Shown here one piece after another: positions 46,550 to 57,800 of a DNA stretch of 64,000 nt. The position numbers were made by a program, and so were the translations under genes. Positions within the stretch are counted from its first letter, which is position 1. Each line of letters opens with the position of its first letter. The stretch comes from Andalucia godoyi And28 (Eukaryota > Protista > Jakobida), in the NCBI GenBank assembly GCA_009859145.1, contig VRVR01000013.1:329438-393437 (forward strand), read 5' to 3'. The notes beneath the pieces were generated by a model. That model had not been told where the DNA came from. It was given only the letters and a program-made list of their open reading frames with translations, and did not search any database.

Positions 46550-46895
46550 ATGCCGCTGGAGAACTCAGGTGCCTTCCGGCTATTCACTACGGGCATATGT
46601 TGCGTTGGGCTTGCCTACGGCGTGCTATTGGCGGACTATGGCGACAAGGAACATGTCTTTTCTCCAGTATGTCTTGTTTACCATTTCTTCTTCTTCTTCT
46701 TCTTCTTCTTCTTCTTCTTCTTCTTCTTCTACTTGTCTTGTTCGTTGTCAGTGGAATGGTGGCCTAACAGCTTGAGTGTTTGACACGCTGTAGTTTCGCA
46801 GATGGGTTTCGGCTCGGAAACGCGAGCTGTCCGAGGCGGTCACGCGACACAACCAGTCTGCAAGTGCGATTGGCAAGGTTGGCAAGGATGCTTGA
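46550..46895 (+). CDS. 72-aa single-TM microprotein (2 exons: 46550-46666, 46794-46895)
   Basis: A GTATGT donor at 46667 and a TAG acceptor at 46793, phase 0, give MPLENSGAFRLFTTGICCVGLAYGVLLADYGDKEHVFSPFRRWVSARKRELSEAV...KDA. The intron contains a (TTC)n run and a CTAAC branch-like motif. Confidence 0.65.
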
Positions 46896-47481
46896 GCTTG
46901 TTTATTGTGTAATAGAGAAACGAATGTACATTTTTTAGTTTAAAAAAATAATGATAATAATGATAATAACTGGAAATTTAAGAAACCGTGTTGTTGCATT
47001 TCTTCTTAATATCACCCTCCATCCCAAACGTCTGGTGGATGATGTGGTATCATCAGATAGTATGACCGAGATGGCAGCCGTCGGCATTGCTGTTGAATGA
47101 AGGCCGGCCTTTTCGCACTGCAGATTGCTGTTACCGGTTTTTGTTGCTGTTGTTGCTGTTGTTGCGGAGTAAGTGTGCAGGTCGAGGCCCAATGGAACAC
47201 TGTCGAATTGTAAAAGCCACTTTACGCAGAAAATCTCTCTGAGGCACAGCATGCGAGCCGAATGTCAGGAGAGATTTGGGTTGGAGGGTAAAAAAATACT
47301 TATAAATGGATGTTTTACATCAATTAAAGGAATCGACTGGTTCCGGGAGCTTACTGAAATGTTAACAGGAAAAAAAAGATGCTATTCCAAGCACTATGCG
47401 ACGAATACCATACACACACATCCACAAGCACATACATACATACACACAGAACAAAGCAAGCAAATTAAAAGGCAAAACAAG

Positions 47482-49776
47482 CTAACAAATGTACTTTTTC
47501 AAGACGATTGCCTGCGCAACGGACCACTGATACTTTCGGGCATGCTCTCGAATCACAAACGGTAAGTCGCGACGCTCACACAGAGAGAATCCTCGGTCTC
47601 TGAGGGCCTGGACGACCGCATCCGACGTTTCAACTGCATGACCTTGTTCGTCATAAAATCCTCCCATCCATTCTCGCTTCGGCGTGAACTGCTCAAGCCA
47701 GGTGAACGGTGAGGTCAGGACAAGCACGCCTCCAGGGGCCACCAATGCAGCCAAGCGATCAAGCATCATACCGGGCGAATGTACCCGGTCGACGAGGTTT
47801 GCAGCCAACAATGCATTCACAGTACCTCCGATATCCTTGGGGTCCAGCAGACAGGCATCGCCTTGTTGGAAATGCACTGTCCGCGAAGCGTCCGCCAGCG
47901 CCGACTTGAGATCATCGTCCAGTTCGCGGCTAATCGAGGTTGCGATTTCGCCTTGTTCAATTCGTCGGAAAGAGGCGGAACGAGATTGCAATACCTGCTG
48001 ACACGCTTTCACAAATGCGTGAGAATAGTCAATTCCAATCGAATGACCAAAGTATCGCGCCATTTCAAGAGTGGAGCGGCCAACCGCACAGCCAAGATCC
48101 AAAGCGCGAAGATCTGCGGTGTCCACACCAGTGTGCTCTCCATACTTCACAAACATTTGCACAAGAAGATCGCCGCAGCGCTTGGGAAACTGCAAGGCAC
48201 TTTTCGGCCCGAATGGATACGGCATAATGTCATCGTCTGATCCATAATGGAACAACATGTACTCATCTACAAGCTTCTGTGTTTCGTAGATATTCTCGTC
48301 TTGTTCCTTGGTGCTCTGAGACATTTCGGTTGCAGCATTCAGTCGCCCCGTCTCCACTTCCTGCGCAGTCATTTCACGAGCAATGCGGAAGCCAGCATGT
48401 TGATGAAAATGGCGTCGGAAAGCATACCGTGCATACCCAGACGCTTCATTTCCGGTGGATACCCAGCTGCCTCCAACAATGATATTGTGTTTTCCGTCAA
48501 AGCACGGAGTAGAGAAGTCCTCGTACAGCTCATGCGTCCGGAAACCGGGGAACGGCTGATTGTCTGTTTCCGTCCAGCACCAAACATTTCCAAACACGTC
48601 GTACACTCCATGTTCGGTGGGAGCATGCATGTTCACAGGAGTGGATGATGTATATCGCACCATGAAATTGGCATCAAAGTTTGCTTGACAAGAAACGTCA
48701 GAAAGCGCACCTCTGGAGACGGGAAGTTTCGAGATCGGTCGCATTGCATGGTGCTCTGCCTCGGTGATGAGGCGGAAGTCGCTGGCCGGATTCTCAACGC
48801 TGGTTCGCCACTTCGCATACGCAGATGCTTCCAGATAGTTGACTTCGACGGGCCACGTCAATGGCAGATCAATTTCATCCCACATTAAGCGCAGCTTGAA
48901 ACCAGTTTCCGCGTCCACAGACGGTACCCAGAATAATGGATGGCAAGACTTGTTGGAGGAACTCTTGAACTGGACCCAACCCCAGCCTTCGGATGTCCAA
49001 TACCCAGGATCTTGGTACCCACCCGCATTCACAAATTCCAGAAACTCGGCATTTGTGATGTAGAACTGGGACACAAGAAAAGGCCGGATGGATTCTATGC
49101 GAGTTCCGTATTCGACGTCCCACCCATACAACGGGAAGGAATAGTCCTTTCCGAGCCGAACGACTTGTCCAGGAATCCTGACCAGCTGATTTCGCAGCGG
49201 TTGCTGCGAGTCGTCCGGGCTCTTGGACGATGGGCCATATTTTGCCCACGCCGGCCGTTTGACGCAGTGGATCGGCAACTGGCGAATGAGAACGGAAGAC
49301 GTCTCGTAGTGAATCCGCTCGTGCTCCATTCCCATCATGACCACCCATTCCTTTGAATCCCATCGCACAGGCTTCTTCCAGTCAAATGACTCGATCTGCG
49401 CAATGACCATCTCGCGCACAGTGTCGCGATACTTCCAAACAGACGATGCGGGGACTCTATCGAGCTTTGTGTCCTGCGTCAAGTCATCCCACGACATTTC
49501 GTCCACCCCGACCTCAAAATCACGTTCATACTGCTCGTTGATCGGCGCCGCAAGACATCCCGCTCGGCGGAACTTCACTGCATAAAACACCGCAGTGTGG
49601 CCAAGATAAAAGATGAGCTTACGACGAAGCCGATCGGGCTGCATGTACAGAACATCATCCGATGCAAGCGTTCGGAAGAGATCTTCGTACAGGTCGTATG
49701 TGTTCAGGAAATACGCCTTGACGTTGTCGCAGCTGAGCTGATTCAAGTCCAGTCCGGGGAGAGACAACTGCTTCAT
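47482..49776 (-). CDS. ovoA: 5-histidylcysteine sulfoxide synthase/methyltransferase OvoA (ovothiol biosynthesis)
   Basis: Motifs LIFYLGHTAVFY, GVDEMSWDDL and the Fe-binding HERIHYE, followed by an FGE-sulfatase domain and a C-terminal SAM methyltransferase (LDLGCAVGRS...REHARKYQW). Confidence 0.93.
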   Translation of the reverse strand: MKQLSLPGLDLNQLSCDNVKAYFLNTYDLYEDLFRTLASDDVLYMQPDRLRRKLIFYLGHTAVFYAVKFRRAGCLAAPINEQYERDFEVGVDEMSWDDLTQDTKLDRVPASSVWKYRDTVREMVIAQIESFDWKKPVRWDSKEWVVMMGMEHERIHYETSSVLIRQLPIHCVKRPAWAKYGPSSKSPDDSQQPLRNQLVRIPGQVVRLGKDYSFPLYGWDVEYGTRIESIRPFLVSQFYITNAEFLEFVNAGGYQDPGYWTSEGWGWVQFKSSSNKSCHPLFWVPSVDAETGFKLRLMWDEIDLPLTWPVEVNYLEASAYAKWRTSVENPASDFRLITEAEHHAMRPISKLPVSRGALSDVSCQANFDANFMVRYTSSTPVNMHAPTEHGVYDVFGNVWCWTETDNQPFPGFRTHELYEDFSTPCFDGKHNIIVGGSWVSTGNEASGYARYAFRRHFHQHAGFRIAREMTAQEVETGRLNAATEMSQSTKEQDENIYETQKLVDEYMLFHYGSDDDIMPYPFGPKSALQFPKRCGDLLVQMFVKYGEHTGVDTADLRALDLGCAVGRSTLEMARYFGHSIGIDYSHAFVKACQQVLQSRSASFRRIEQGEIATSISRELDDDLKSALADASRTVHFQQGDACLLDPKDIGGTVNALLAANLVDRVHSPGMMLDRLAALVAPGGVLVLTSPFTWLEQFTPKREWMGGFYDEQGHAVETSDAVVQALRDRGFSLCERRDLPFVIREHARKYQWSVAQAIVLKKYIC

Positions 49777-50411
49777 AGCGACGGAGAGAGTAAATCCGTT
49801 TGTTTGGCCGAGTACAAAGCAATCAAGTATGAGAGGTGAGAGTGGGAGATAAGAACGGGAGGGGAACAAAGATAGAAAAATAATGACTATAAACTAAAAT
49901 ATAATCAAAAATGTTGTTAAAAAAGATTTTAAAAAATGGGGAAAATTTTGGTAAAAATGGAAACAAACATGAGGAAATGAGCGGAGTCAAAGTGGAGCAA
50001 TTCGGAAGGAAAATTCAGCGATTTTCACGAGTTGCCGCAATTAAAACGAAATAAAATAGCGCCGCAATGTTTTTTGAAGTCTGCTGGCGGAGGGAATCGG
50101 AGGAAAAGCGTGCAATCTCTGCAAATCTGCACCAACAAATCTTTTTTTCCTTTTATGCCTGCAGTTTGCACGCATCGGGCATCGGGGGCGTCGGGCATTG
50201 GAGGATGAGGATCCGGGCCGTGATCGGGGCATTTTGGGGGCATTTTGGGAAAGAGCATGAGTCCATATGAGCAAGTCGTCTACAGCAGATGAGACACAAA
50301 CGGACTGTTTTTCCAGCTGCTGTACAAGCAAAACACGCAGTATGAAAGTCTCGTAGGCTCTGGGCGTTTTGCACGGCTAGTATTCTTTCGTTTGTGTCCC
50401 TCATCCATGCA

Positions 50412-50413
<2 letters not shown>

Positions 50414-50466
<53 letters not shown>

Positions 50467-50496
50467 TACACAGACACAGACACAGACACAGACACA
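50414..50496. repeat. (CT)n / (CAGACA)n microsatellite
   Basis: Direct observation. Confidence 0.9.
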
Positions 50497-50549
50497 CGGG
50501 GGCGGCCACGTAGGAAAGTGACAATAGTGGTCATCGAAGAGTCTATGTG

Positions 50550-52469
50550 ATGACGGAGGAGGCTTCTGTGGCATTCGTCGAGGTGCGGATCATGCTCTAT
50601 CGATCCTCGGATGTGTCGTGGGACGAGCTCTTCATGCTCGATGCTTCTGGCGAAGTGCAGCGAGAATGTATTGTGGATCTGTACGCAGATGAAGAACGGA
50701 ATTTGTACCGGCTTGTTGGATACCTGCGCGACACTCTCGTGTTGCATCTTCCAATCCGATCTCCCACCGACGCGCTGGACTATGTTGCTTCGACCGGCAC
50801 GTTTCATCAGTTCTTAAACGCATTTCACATCAAACAGATGCCAAACGTGCTGACGGATCTTTCCGCATTCCTGCACGACGATGTTGTGGCCTATGGTTTC
50901 TTGTTTCCAACTGCAGAGTCTGCGGCTGCGTTTGAGAGGATCTTGAAAAATTGTTGTAGCAAAGTGGATCGGTTGGCGCAAACACAGCAATCCGCAGTTC
51001 CGGCGGATATCGGTGAGGCACCGTCCAGATCAAGATCACGATCCGTCCGTTGTGGGTCCCTCGCATCGACGACCGCTGATCCCGAAAGTGCTGCGAAGCC
51101 ACAGGTAAGAAGCGACCAAAAGGACGCTTCATTGTCGAATAGGTGTCCAACGCAGGATGCGACTGAGCCCCCGCGTCTGTACGTAGCTTCCTTTCCTGGG
51201 TGGGACGCTTTGGACAAGGCCTCGTTGACAGCGACCCACGAGGATGCATGGGAAGACGAGACCGTCTCGGCTGTCTTCGTCGAAGACGCAGTGCGTCTCG
51301 ACGCTGCGTCAAGCTTGGCTTCTTCCGTGGTTGTTGCCGGTCCGGCGACGGCGGAGCCGGAATGCACATCTTCCTCGCATGTTACGACACCAGAATCGAT
51401 CTCAACGTCTGAAACGCCACGGATCTCGACTGCAGAATTGGTCCCTCCCGACGACTCGTCGCTGTGTCCTCCCGAGGATGAGGGATACACATCGCAACCG
51501 CAACCGCAACCGCAACCGGCGGACGCCGTCACCGTGCAAGCCTCGGAAGATGCACTGGCCCAGCGACAGGACGACCGTACGGAACCGGAGATCACAACTG
51601 CAGACGCAGCAGCGCAGGCTTCGCCGGAGGCAACAGAAGAATATGAGCAAGGCGACGATCGTCAGGATGCAGAGACGCAGAGTGCACAGTCAGATCGTCC
51701 GAATGAAACCACTGATTCAGCCGGTTCTCACTCTGTGGGTGACTCTGTGGCAGCAGAACCTGAATTGGAAAATGTACAAAATGCGCCGCAGAATGACAGA
51801 GCCGAGGCATCCTCGCATTCCTCGTCCGCTCAGCCGCAGCAAGAAGAATCACAGGATAGCAGCCGCTTGCAAAAATTCAAGCGTCGTATGGAAGCATTTA
51901 CCACAGGCAGGGAAAGTGTGCTGACTGTGTTCTCCGATTCGGATGTTCTTGTGCTGCAGACTGGAAATCAAAAGGGATTCGTTTCGTCCTCCGGCAGTCC
52001 AACCAGCCGCCGGGCTCATGAAATCGTCGTCCAGGAAGTTGAGACCTCTCACGTGGATTCTTTGCGGGAAGCATCTGCAATGCCAGACCCGTCATGGATG
52101 TCTACTTTGCAGACAATTCGCGATGGTTCAGTTCTCCGGAAGGTTTTGAAGCCCAAAGATTCCTTGGTTTTTGTTCCTCTGCATTATTTGAAGGCCCCTC
52201 CTCCGAAGCACTCTGCAAACCTCATGTCGTCTCCAGCCGCGTCCCTGAACACCAAAACAGTCTCGGATGCAGAAATTGGTTGGAGAAGACAGCGCAAGGA
52301 CATAGTGGATTCTAAGGATGGCGTGAACGATGAGCTGCGCACAATGTTCTACTCGGAATTAGAGGGTATGCGTGAATCGTTGTTATCCGATTTCCGTGCC
52401 GAATTACACGCCACACGTTCCGATTTACTGCGGCTTATCACATCCCGCTCGACGGCGGGCGTCTCCTAG
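50550..52469 (+). CDS. Ena/VASP-like actin regulator (EVH1/WH1-like + WH2 + C-terminal coiled coil)
   Basis: FHQF...VAYGFLFPTAESAAAFERIL resembles the EVH1 C-terminal strand-helix. LQTIRDGSVLRKV is WH2-like, and ELRTMFYSELEGMRESLLSDFRAEL resembles a VASP tetramerisation helix. Confidence 0.65.
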   Translation: MTEEASVAFVEVRIMLYRSSDVSWDELFMLDASGEVQRECIVDLYADEERNLYRLVGYLRDTLVLHLPIRSPTDALDYVASTGTFHQFLNAFHIKQMPNVLTDLSAFLHDDVVAYGFLFPTAESAAAFERILKNCCSKVDRLAQTQQSAVPADIGEAPSRSRSRSVRCGSLASTTADPESAAKPQVRSDQKDASLSNRCPTQDATEPPRLYVASFPGWDALDKASLTATHEDAWEDETVSAVFVEDAVRLDAASSLASSVVVAGPATAEPECTSSSHVTTPESISTSETPRISTAELVPPDDSSLCPPEDEGYTSQPQPQPQPADAVTVQASEDALAQRQDDRTEPEITTADAAAQASPEATEEYEQGDDRQDAETQSAQSDRPNETTDSAGSHSVGDSVAAEPELENVQNAPQNDRAEASSHSSSAQPQQEESQDSSRLQKFKRRMEAFTTGRESVLTVFSDSDVLVLQTGNQKGFVSSSGSPTSRRAHEIVVQEVETSHVDSLREASAMPDPSWMSTLQTIRDGSVLRKVLKPKDSLVFVPLHYLKAPPPKHSANLMSSPAASLNTKTVSDAEIGWRRQRKDIVDSKDGVNDELRTMFYSELEGMRESLLSDFRAELHATRSDLLRLITSRSTAGVS

Positions 52470-52659
52470 CCAGTGTGAGGGAGTGCGGATTTGAGTGTGC
52501 GTGTGCATATGAGTTCATGAATGGGTGCACGGAAAGAAGATGAAAGCACATCTGTACATATTGTTTACTTTCAAAAAAAGAATTTTTTTTAAAAAAAAAG
52601 GAGAGCAACAAAGGGCGCGGCGGCAAAACGCGAGTCATGTGACTGTGTGCCGTCTGGGC

Positions 52660-54288
52660 CTAGGAATTGACAGTACTTGATTCTTCATCAAATATGACCT
52701 CATCGTCAGACTTCGGGACAACCTGGAAGTTTGTCGATGCATATTGCATAATAAACGCCATTATACGGGAAATCTCTGCATCAACGCAGCCAATTGTTTT
52801 GAGGACGGGAACGTAGGTGGTTGCAATGAAACGGCACATCTTGGGAAACTGCCTCGGAAAACGCTCCGACATTGGTCTTCCGACAAGAGTAAGAAACCTG
52901 TCCAGCAGCAAAGAAGAAATTCTGGTCGGCACCGCGTTAAGCGTCGCCGCAAGCCACATATACGCATCCTCCAATCCAAAGGGGTGCACGGCCGGTTTGC
53001 CACTTCGGGAGCCATAGTTGATGTCATACAACGGCGTTCGCATAATGGCGAATAAAAATGACACGTATGCCTTCATGCGGAGAGTGTACTCTGCTTCTGT
53101 CTCCCATCTGGTATTACCTTCCTTCTTGACATAGCCGCATGCTCCAAGATACGCCGCTTCACTGGCGAAGTCCTTCTTCCGGTACAGCTTGGGGATGGAT
53201 GGCGGGCAAACTTGGTTGAGCAAATGCAACGTAACTGGAGCGAGGTCCGGAATTTCGAAAGAGACACGGCAAAACACCAAACCCAGGGCAAACGACAACT
53301 TGTCATCCTTGAGAGCATACGCCACCGACTGGTCAATCAATGTGGCGGCAACAAGACACAATGAAAAATCATAGCCTTCTTCGTTTCCCGGACGGTTCAG
53401 TTCATTGAGGCCCGACACCACTTGCTCGGCAGCGGCCTTGCACTTGGAGCGCGAAGCGGTGACTGTGTTGAGAATCCCTCGAAACAGTCGACGCACACTC
53501 TTGACCGTCTCCTTAAATTGCGGTTCATTCTGCTTGTCGAGGATCGCGAGGTATGTCTGGTACCGATGATTCACAGCTCGCTTTCTCTCCTCCATCAAGC
53601 GCTCATGAAATGGCGTATCAGGTGAATCCACACTGCGGCTGCTTGGCATTTCCACGGTTGCAGAGCTTGCCAGGTGCGGTACTGCAGGAGCAGCTGTAGC
53701 AATCGGAGCGGCAGCAAGAGGAGGAGGATTATTTTGGGCATTTGATTCTTGCAATTCCGCAGGAATTTGGGATTTCTGCAGGGCTTCCTGCTGTTTCAAA
53801 GTATCCTGCGCTTGCCTCTGCGCGGTTTCTTGCCGCAGTTTCTCTTCTTCGACTTGCAAGCGTTTGAAAACTTGCTGGGCTTCCTTTCCAAGGGTATTCA
53901 GCAAAACACCAAGCGGATCCACAGGTCGTCTGCATCGTCATCATCGGGAAACTCAAAAAGAAAAGAAAAGAAAAGAAAAAAAGAACAACATGAGAAAAAC
54001 ACACAACCGAGAAGAAGAAGAAGAAGGGAAAAACCGGTGAAGAGGAGAACGGCGGAAAGGGGAGCATTCAGATAGCGTTACATAGGAAGTTACAAGAGAA
54101 AAAAAAAATCTACTTGACACATACGGAGAAACTTCGTAACTAAAAGACGATGACGAAGTGCGGCGAACCTGTGCATTGTTCGCAAGGAGAAACGCCGACA
54201 TGCATTCCTCCGACTGCGTTGTCAACAACGTACGCACATCTTCTCTGTACTTTGACTTTAGCGAATGATAGTCGCCAGATTCGGACAT
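52660..54288 (-). CDS. GLE1: mRNA export factor GLE1 (2 exons: 54288-54125, 53929-52660)
   Basis: Motifs YTLRMKAYVSFLFAIM, HPFGLEDAYMWLAATLN and FLTLVG...FPRQFPK. Intron 54124-53930 (GTATGT...GCAG, phase 2) adds an ATG-containing first exon. Confidence 0.85.
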
Positions 54289-54876
54289 GGTTTTTACTGT
54301 GCAGTGAAGCCCGTGCGTGCGTGTGTGCGTGCACTTTAGGGGGAAAAATCCAACAGCAAAACGCGATGGAACGCGAAAAATGAGAGCGAATATGCGCGGC
54401 TTTCTATTTTTTCTTTTATTCTTTTGGACACACACAAAAACAGGAAAAAGCCACTCTTAACTGGCTTGTGTCCTAGTATCACTTTTGCTTGCATCAAGAG
54501 GCAGTCTCAACTGGAAGTCAAACTTGACCAAGCCAAAAGCAACCCAATAATAACACAATATTAACCAAAGCAAAACCAAAAAAACCCGCGGGCTTGCAGC
54601 AACCTGCAAGGAACGACGAAAGGGAAAAAACAGACTGGCGGAATTCCTCGCTTCCGCGTGCACCGTCTGAGCCGAGCCCATTCTTTTTATATTTCCCTCT
54701 ACATATACATATACATGTCTTTTCTCTCTTTCTTTTCACATTTTCCTTTTTCCTTTTCCCTTTTCCTTTTCCTTTTTCCTTCTTCCTTTTCCTTCCTTTT
54801 TTTCTTCTTCAATTGATTTGATTTCTTCTTCTTTTGTCCCTTGTTTGTTCCTCCGTTTGCCATTTTGGTCCAAGAA

Positions 54877-57800
54877 ATGGGGTCTCTGTTTTCTTCGGCG
54901 GCTCTGCGGCTGCTCTTGCTGGTTTCGGCGGTGGCGGCGGTGGCGATGGCCCAGGTCCAGCTGACTCCGGGACAAATGTCGTTCGTTACCATTGTGCAGA
55001 AGGGTGGCCAGTGCAACGCATGCACGTTCCTGACAGCACCTGTCTCGCTGACCGACGGCAACTTTGTTGCAATTTCGATCATCAACTTCTACGGAGACGC
55101 CGATGCGACAATCACGAACCCTGCGGGCAGCTCGTGGACACTGTCTTCTCCGACTTCTGAAGTGCTTGTGGTGAAGTTTGGCGATCCCAAGTTCCAGAAT
55201 AATGCAGTGATGAACATCACCGTGACGCCGTACCCTCCTGGCGCCGAAGTTTGGTTTTCTGTGTTGTATTACTATTCGCAGGCGACATATGCGAATGCCA
55301 TTTCGCTGGTTCCTGGACTGCCCTTGATTTTCAGCACCCCCAGCGCACAGTACGTTGATTACGTTTTTGTGCCGGACGCTGCCAACAAGTCCCTGTCGTT
55401 CTCACTGACTCGGTTAAATGGAGATCCGGATTTGTACGTTGGCATCCAGAACCCGCCAACTCGCCGCGGAAACGCGCGCTGGAGCTTGACCTCGTCCTCT
55501 TCGGAGTTCCTGTACATCAACCACATCACAGATCCTCTGTTTGTTGTTGGCTCTACGTACTATACGTCGGTCTACGGATACAACTCAGCTGGTACCACGT
55601 ACTCCCTCACGGCATCTGTCGAAGACCAAGGTCATTTGACGACGTTGTTGGAGCGATTCCCGCACGAAGAGGTGGTCAAAGCTGGATTATACCGCTACTT
55701 CTACGTCTACGCGCCCCGTGATACCGCGGTTCGCATCACCGTGGAGACTGTTTCTGCGTCCGGAGATCCCGATTTGTACGTGTCAGTTCCTCAGCAGACG
55801 TCGTGCAAATGCACTCCTCTTCCTGGTCCAGGTGCTGCCAACTACTACTCTGCATCCTCTCGCTTTGATTATGTGAACATTCCCGCGAACGATGCACCGC
55901 GCGTGGCCTCTGGCTGCGACAATCTGTGCATCGGTGTTAGAGCATTTGGTACTTCAGATGCGACGTTCCGAATCACGTATGTCGCACAGGGAGATCCAGT
56001 GATCCTAGAGGATGGAGACTCGGTCATCACAACGGTGGCTCCAAATGCCCCTCTGTTCTATGTATTTGAGAAGAACGATCCGGTTCCGGGTTTGACCTTT
56101 GAAGCGCAGGATATGGGAGGAAAATGCAGTTTGTTTGTGAACTTCCAATCCCCGAACCCGTCTGCACAGAAGGCCGACTGGACTGGAAACTATACTGGAT
56201 TTGGCTCGAAGGTTTTCATTCCTCAGGGCTCGCTTGCCGGAGTTTACTACGTCGGTGTTTACCAATGGACTGGTTTTGCAGGAGACAATTCTACTTGCTT
56301 GCTGACGTCGTACACTTCACAACAATCAGAGCTTTTGGTCGACAGTGTGGTGTTGTATGGCAAGACTGTTATTGAAGGAGCTTATCGGTACTTTGATTTC
56401 CAGGTTTCCGATCCTCGTTTTGATGTCATCGTCTCCATTTCGCCTCTTGCCGGCACCGACGCTGATTTGTATGGTGCATACGGTTTCCGCCCTTCATCGA
56501 CGAACTACACGTTCAAATCGACGCGCCTTGGAACGGACCAGTTCTTGGTGAATGCTTCTGATCCATCGACCTTCCAACTCGGAACACTGCACATTGCAGT
56601 TTTCGGATGGCTGCAGTCGACGTTCTCGATCGTCGCTTACACTGCGAACAACTCGGTTACGCTTTCACCCGGATTTGTTCAGGCAGGCAATGTTGGTCGC
56701 AAGCGATACAATTTTTACAACATCTTCAATTCTATTGCGGGAGGCAATATGTTCATTTCTCTGGTTTCCGTGGGAACTGGAGATGCTGATTTGTATGCAG
56801 GATTTGGCTCTTCGTATGCCCGGCCGGATGCATCGCACAACCAGTTTGCGTCTTCCCACAGTGGTGGCGATTTCATTGTCATTCGCGGAACCAGTGTTGG
56901 AAATTACTACATCAGTGTTTTTGGATTTTCAGCAGCGGACTACCGTATTGTGGCTTCCGTCGAGGGTTCCGGAAAGCCTGGGTTGCTTGAAGTTGCGGAG
57001 GGAACTGCCACGTCGATGGCGTTGGATCCTGGCATGGGCTTCGATGTGCTTGGCTTTTTGGATGACCAGAGGGACATGGTGATTTCGGTTACCCCTCTTG
57101 AAGGAACGTTGTCGACGTTTGTCAAGTTTGGCAGCCGCGCTACCAATATGCCCGGAGGTTCCAATGCAAAGTCCACTGATCCTTATCCTGGAAACATGTT
57201 GTATCTGCCTACTTCCGCGCCGTACTTCAGCGCAGGAATGGTATTTTCGAACATCCAGAACACGGGGACTCATCGTGCATTCTTCCAGATCAATTATCTG
57301 CAACCTCCGTCTGCCGCCGGCTTGACTGATGGCACAATCCTCAACCTTGAGGACGGATACCCGACGATGCTGACTCTGCAGGACGCCTCCAAGGCAATTT
57401 TGGGACGGTTTTACATCACTCCGCCTGCAACAGATGCGTATCCGTTTACAGGCCGATTCTTGTCCATCTCCGTTCCGTTCTACTCTGGTATGGGCAATGT
57501 ATCTGTTTCTCTCTCCTCGACGTTTGCAAAGGTTTTGCATTCGGTTTCCGGCCCTGGAAACCACCGCATCTTTGTGCCGTACGATACCATTTTCACGGCA
57601 GGTCAGTACTGGGCAATCAACGTGTATATCCGTGTGACGGTGTACGCTCCGGGTGCCACCTTTGCCCTCCAGGTAGCAAGCGACGATGGTATCCGACGTC
57701 TGACTCGCGGAACTGCATTCTTCTCCGAACTCGGGCCGTTGCCGACCTTGAAGAACCACTTTTCGACTCCCATGCCTGGTGACTTGCCGTCGACCGCCTT

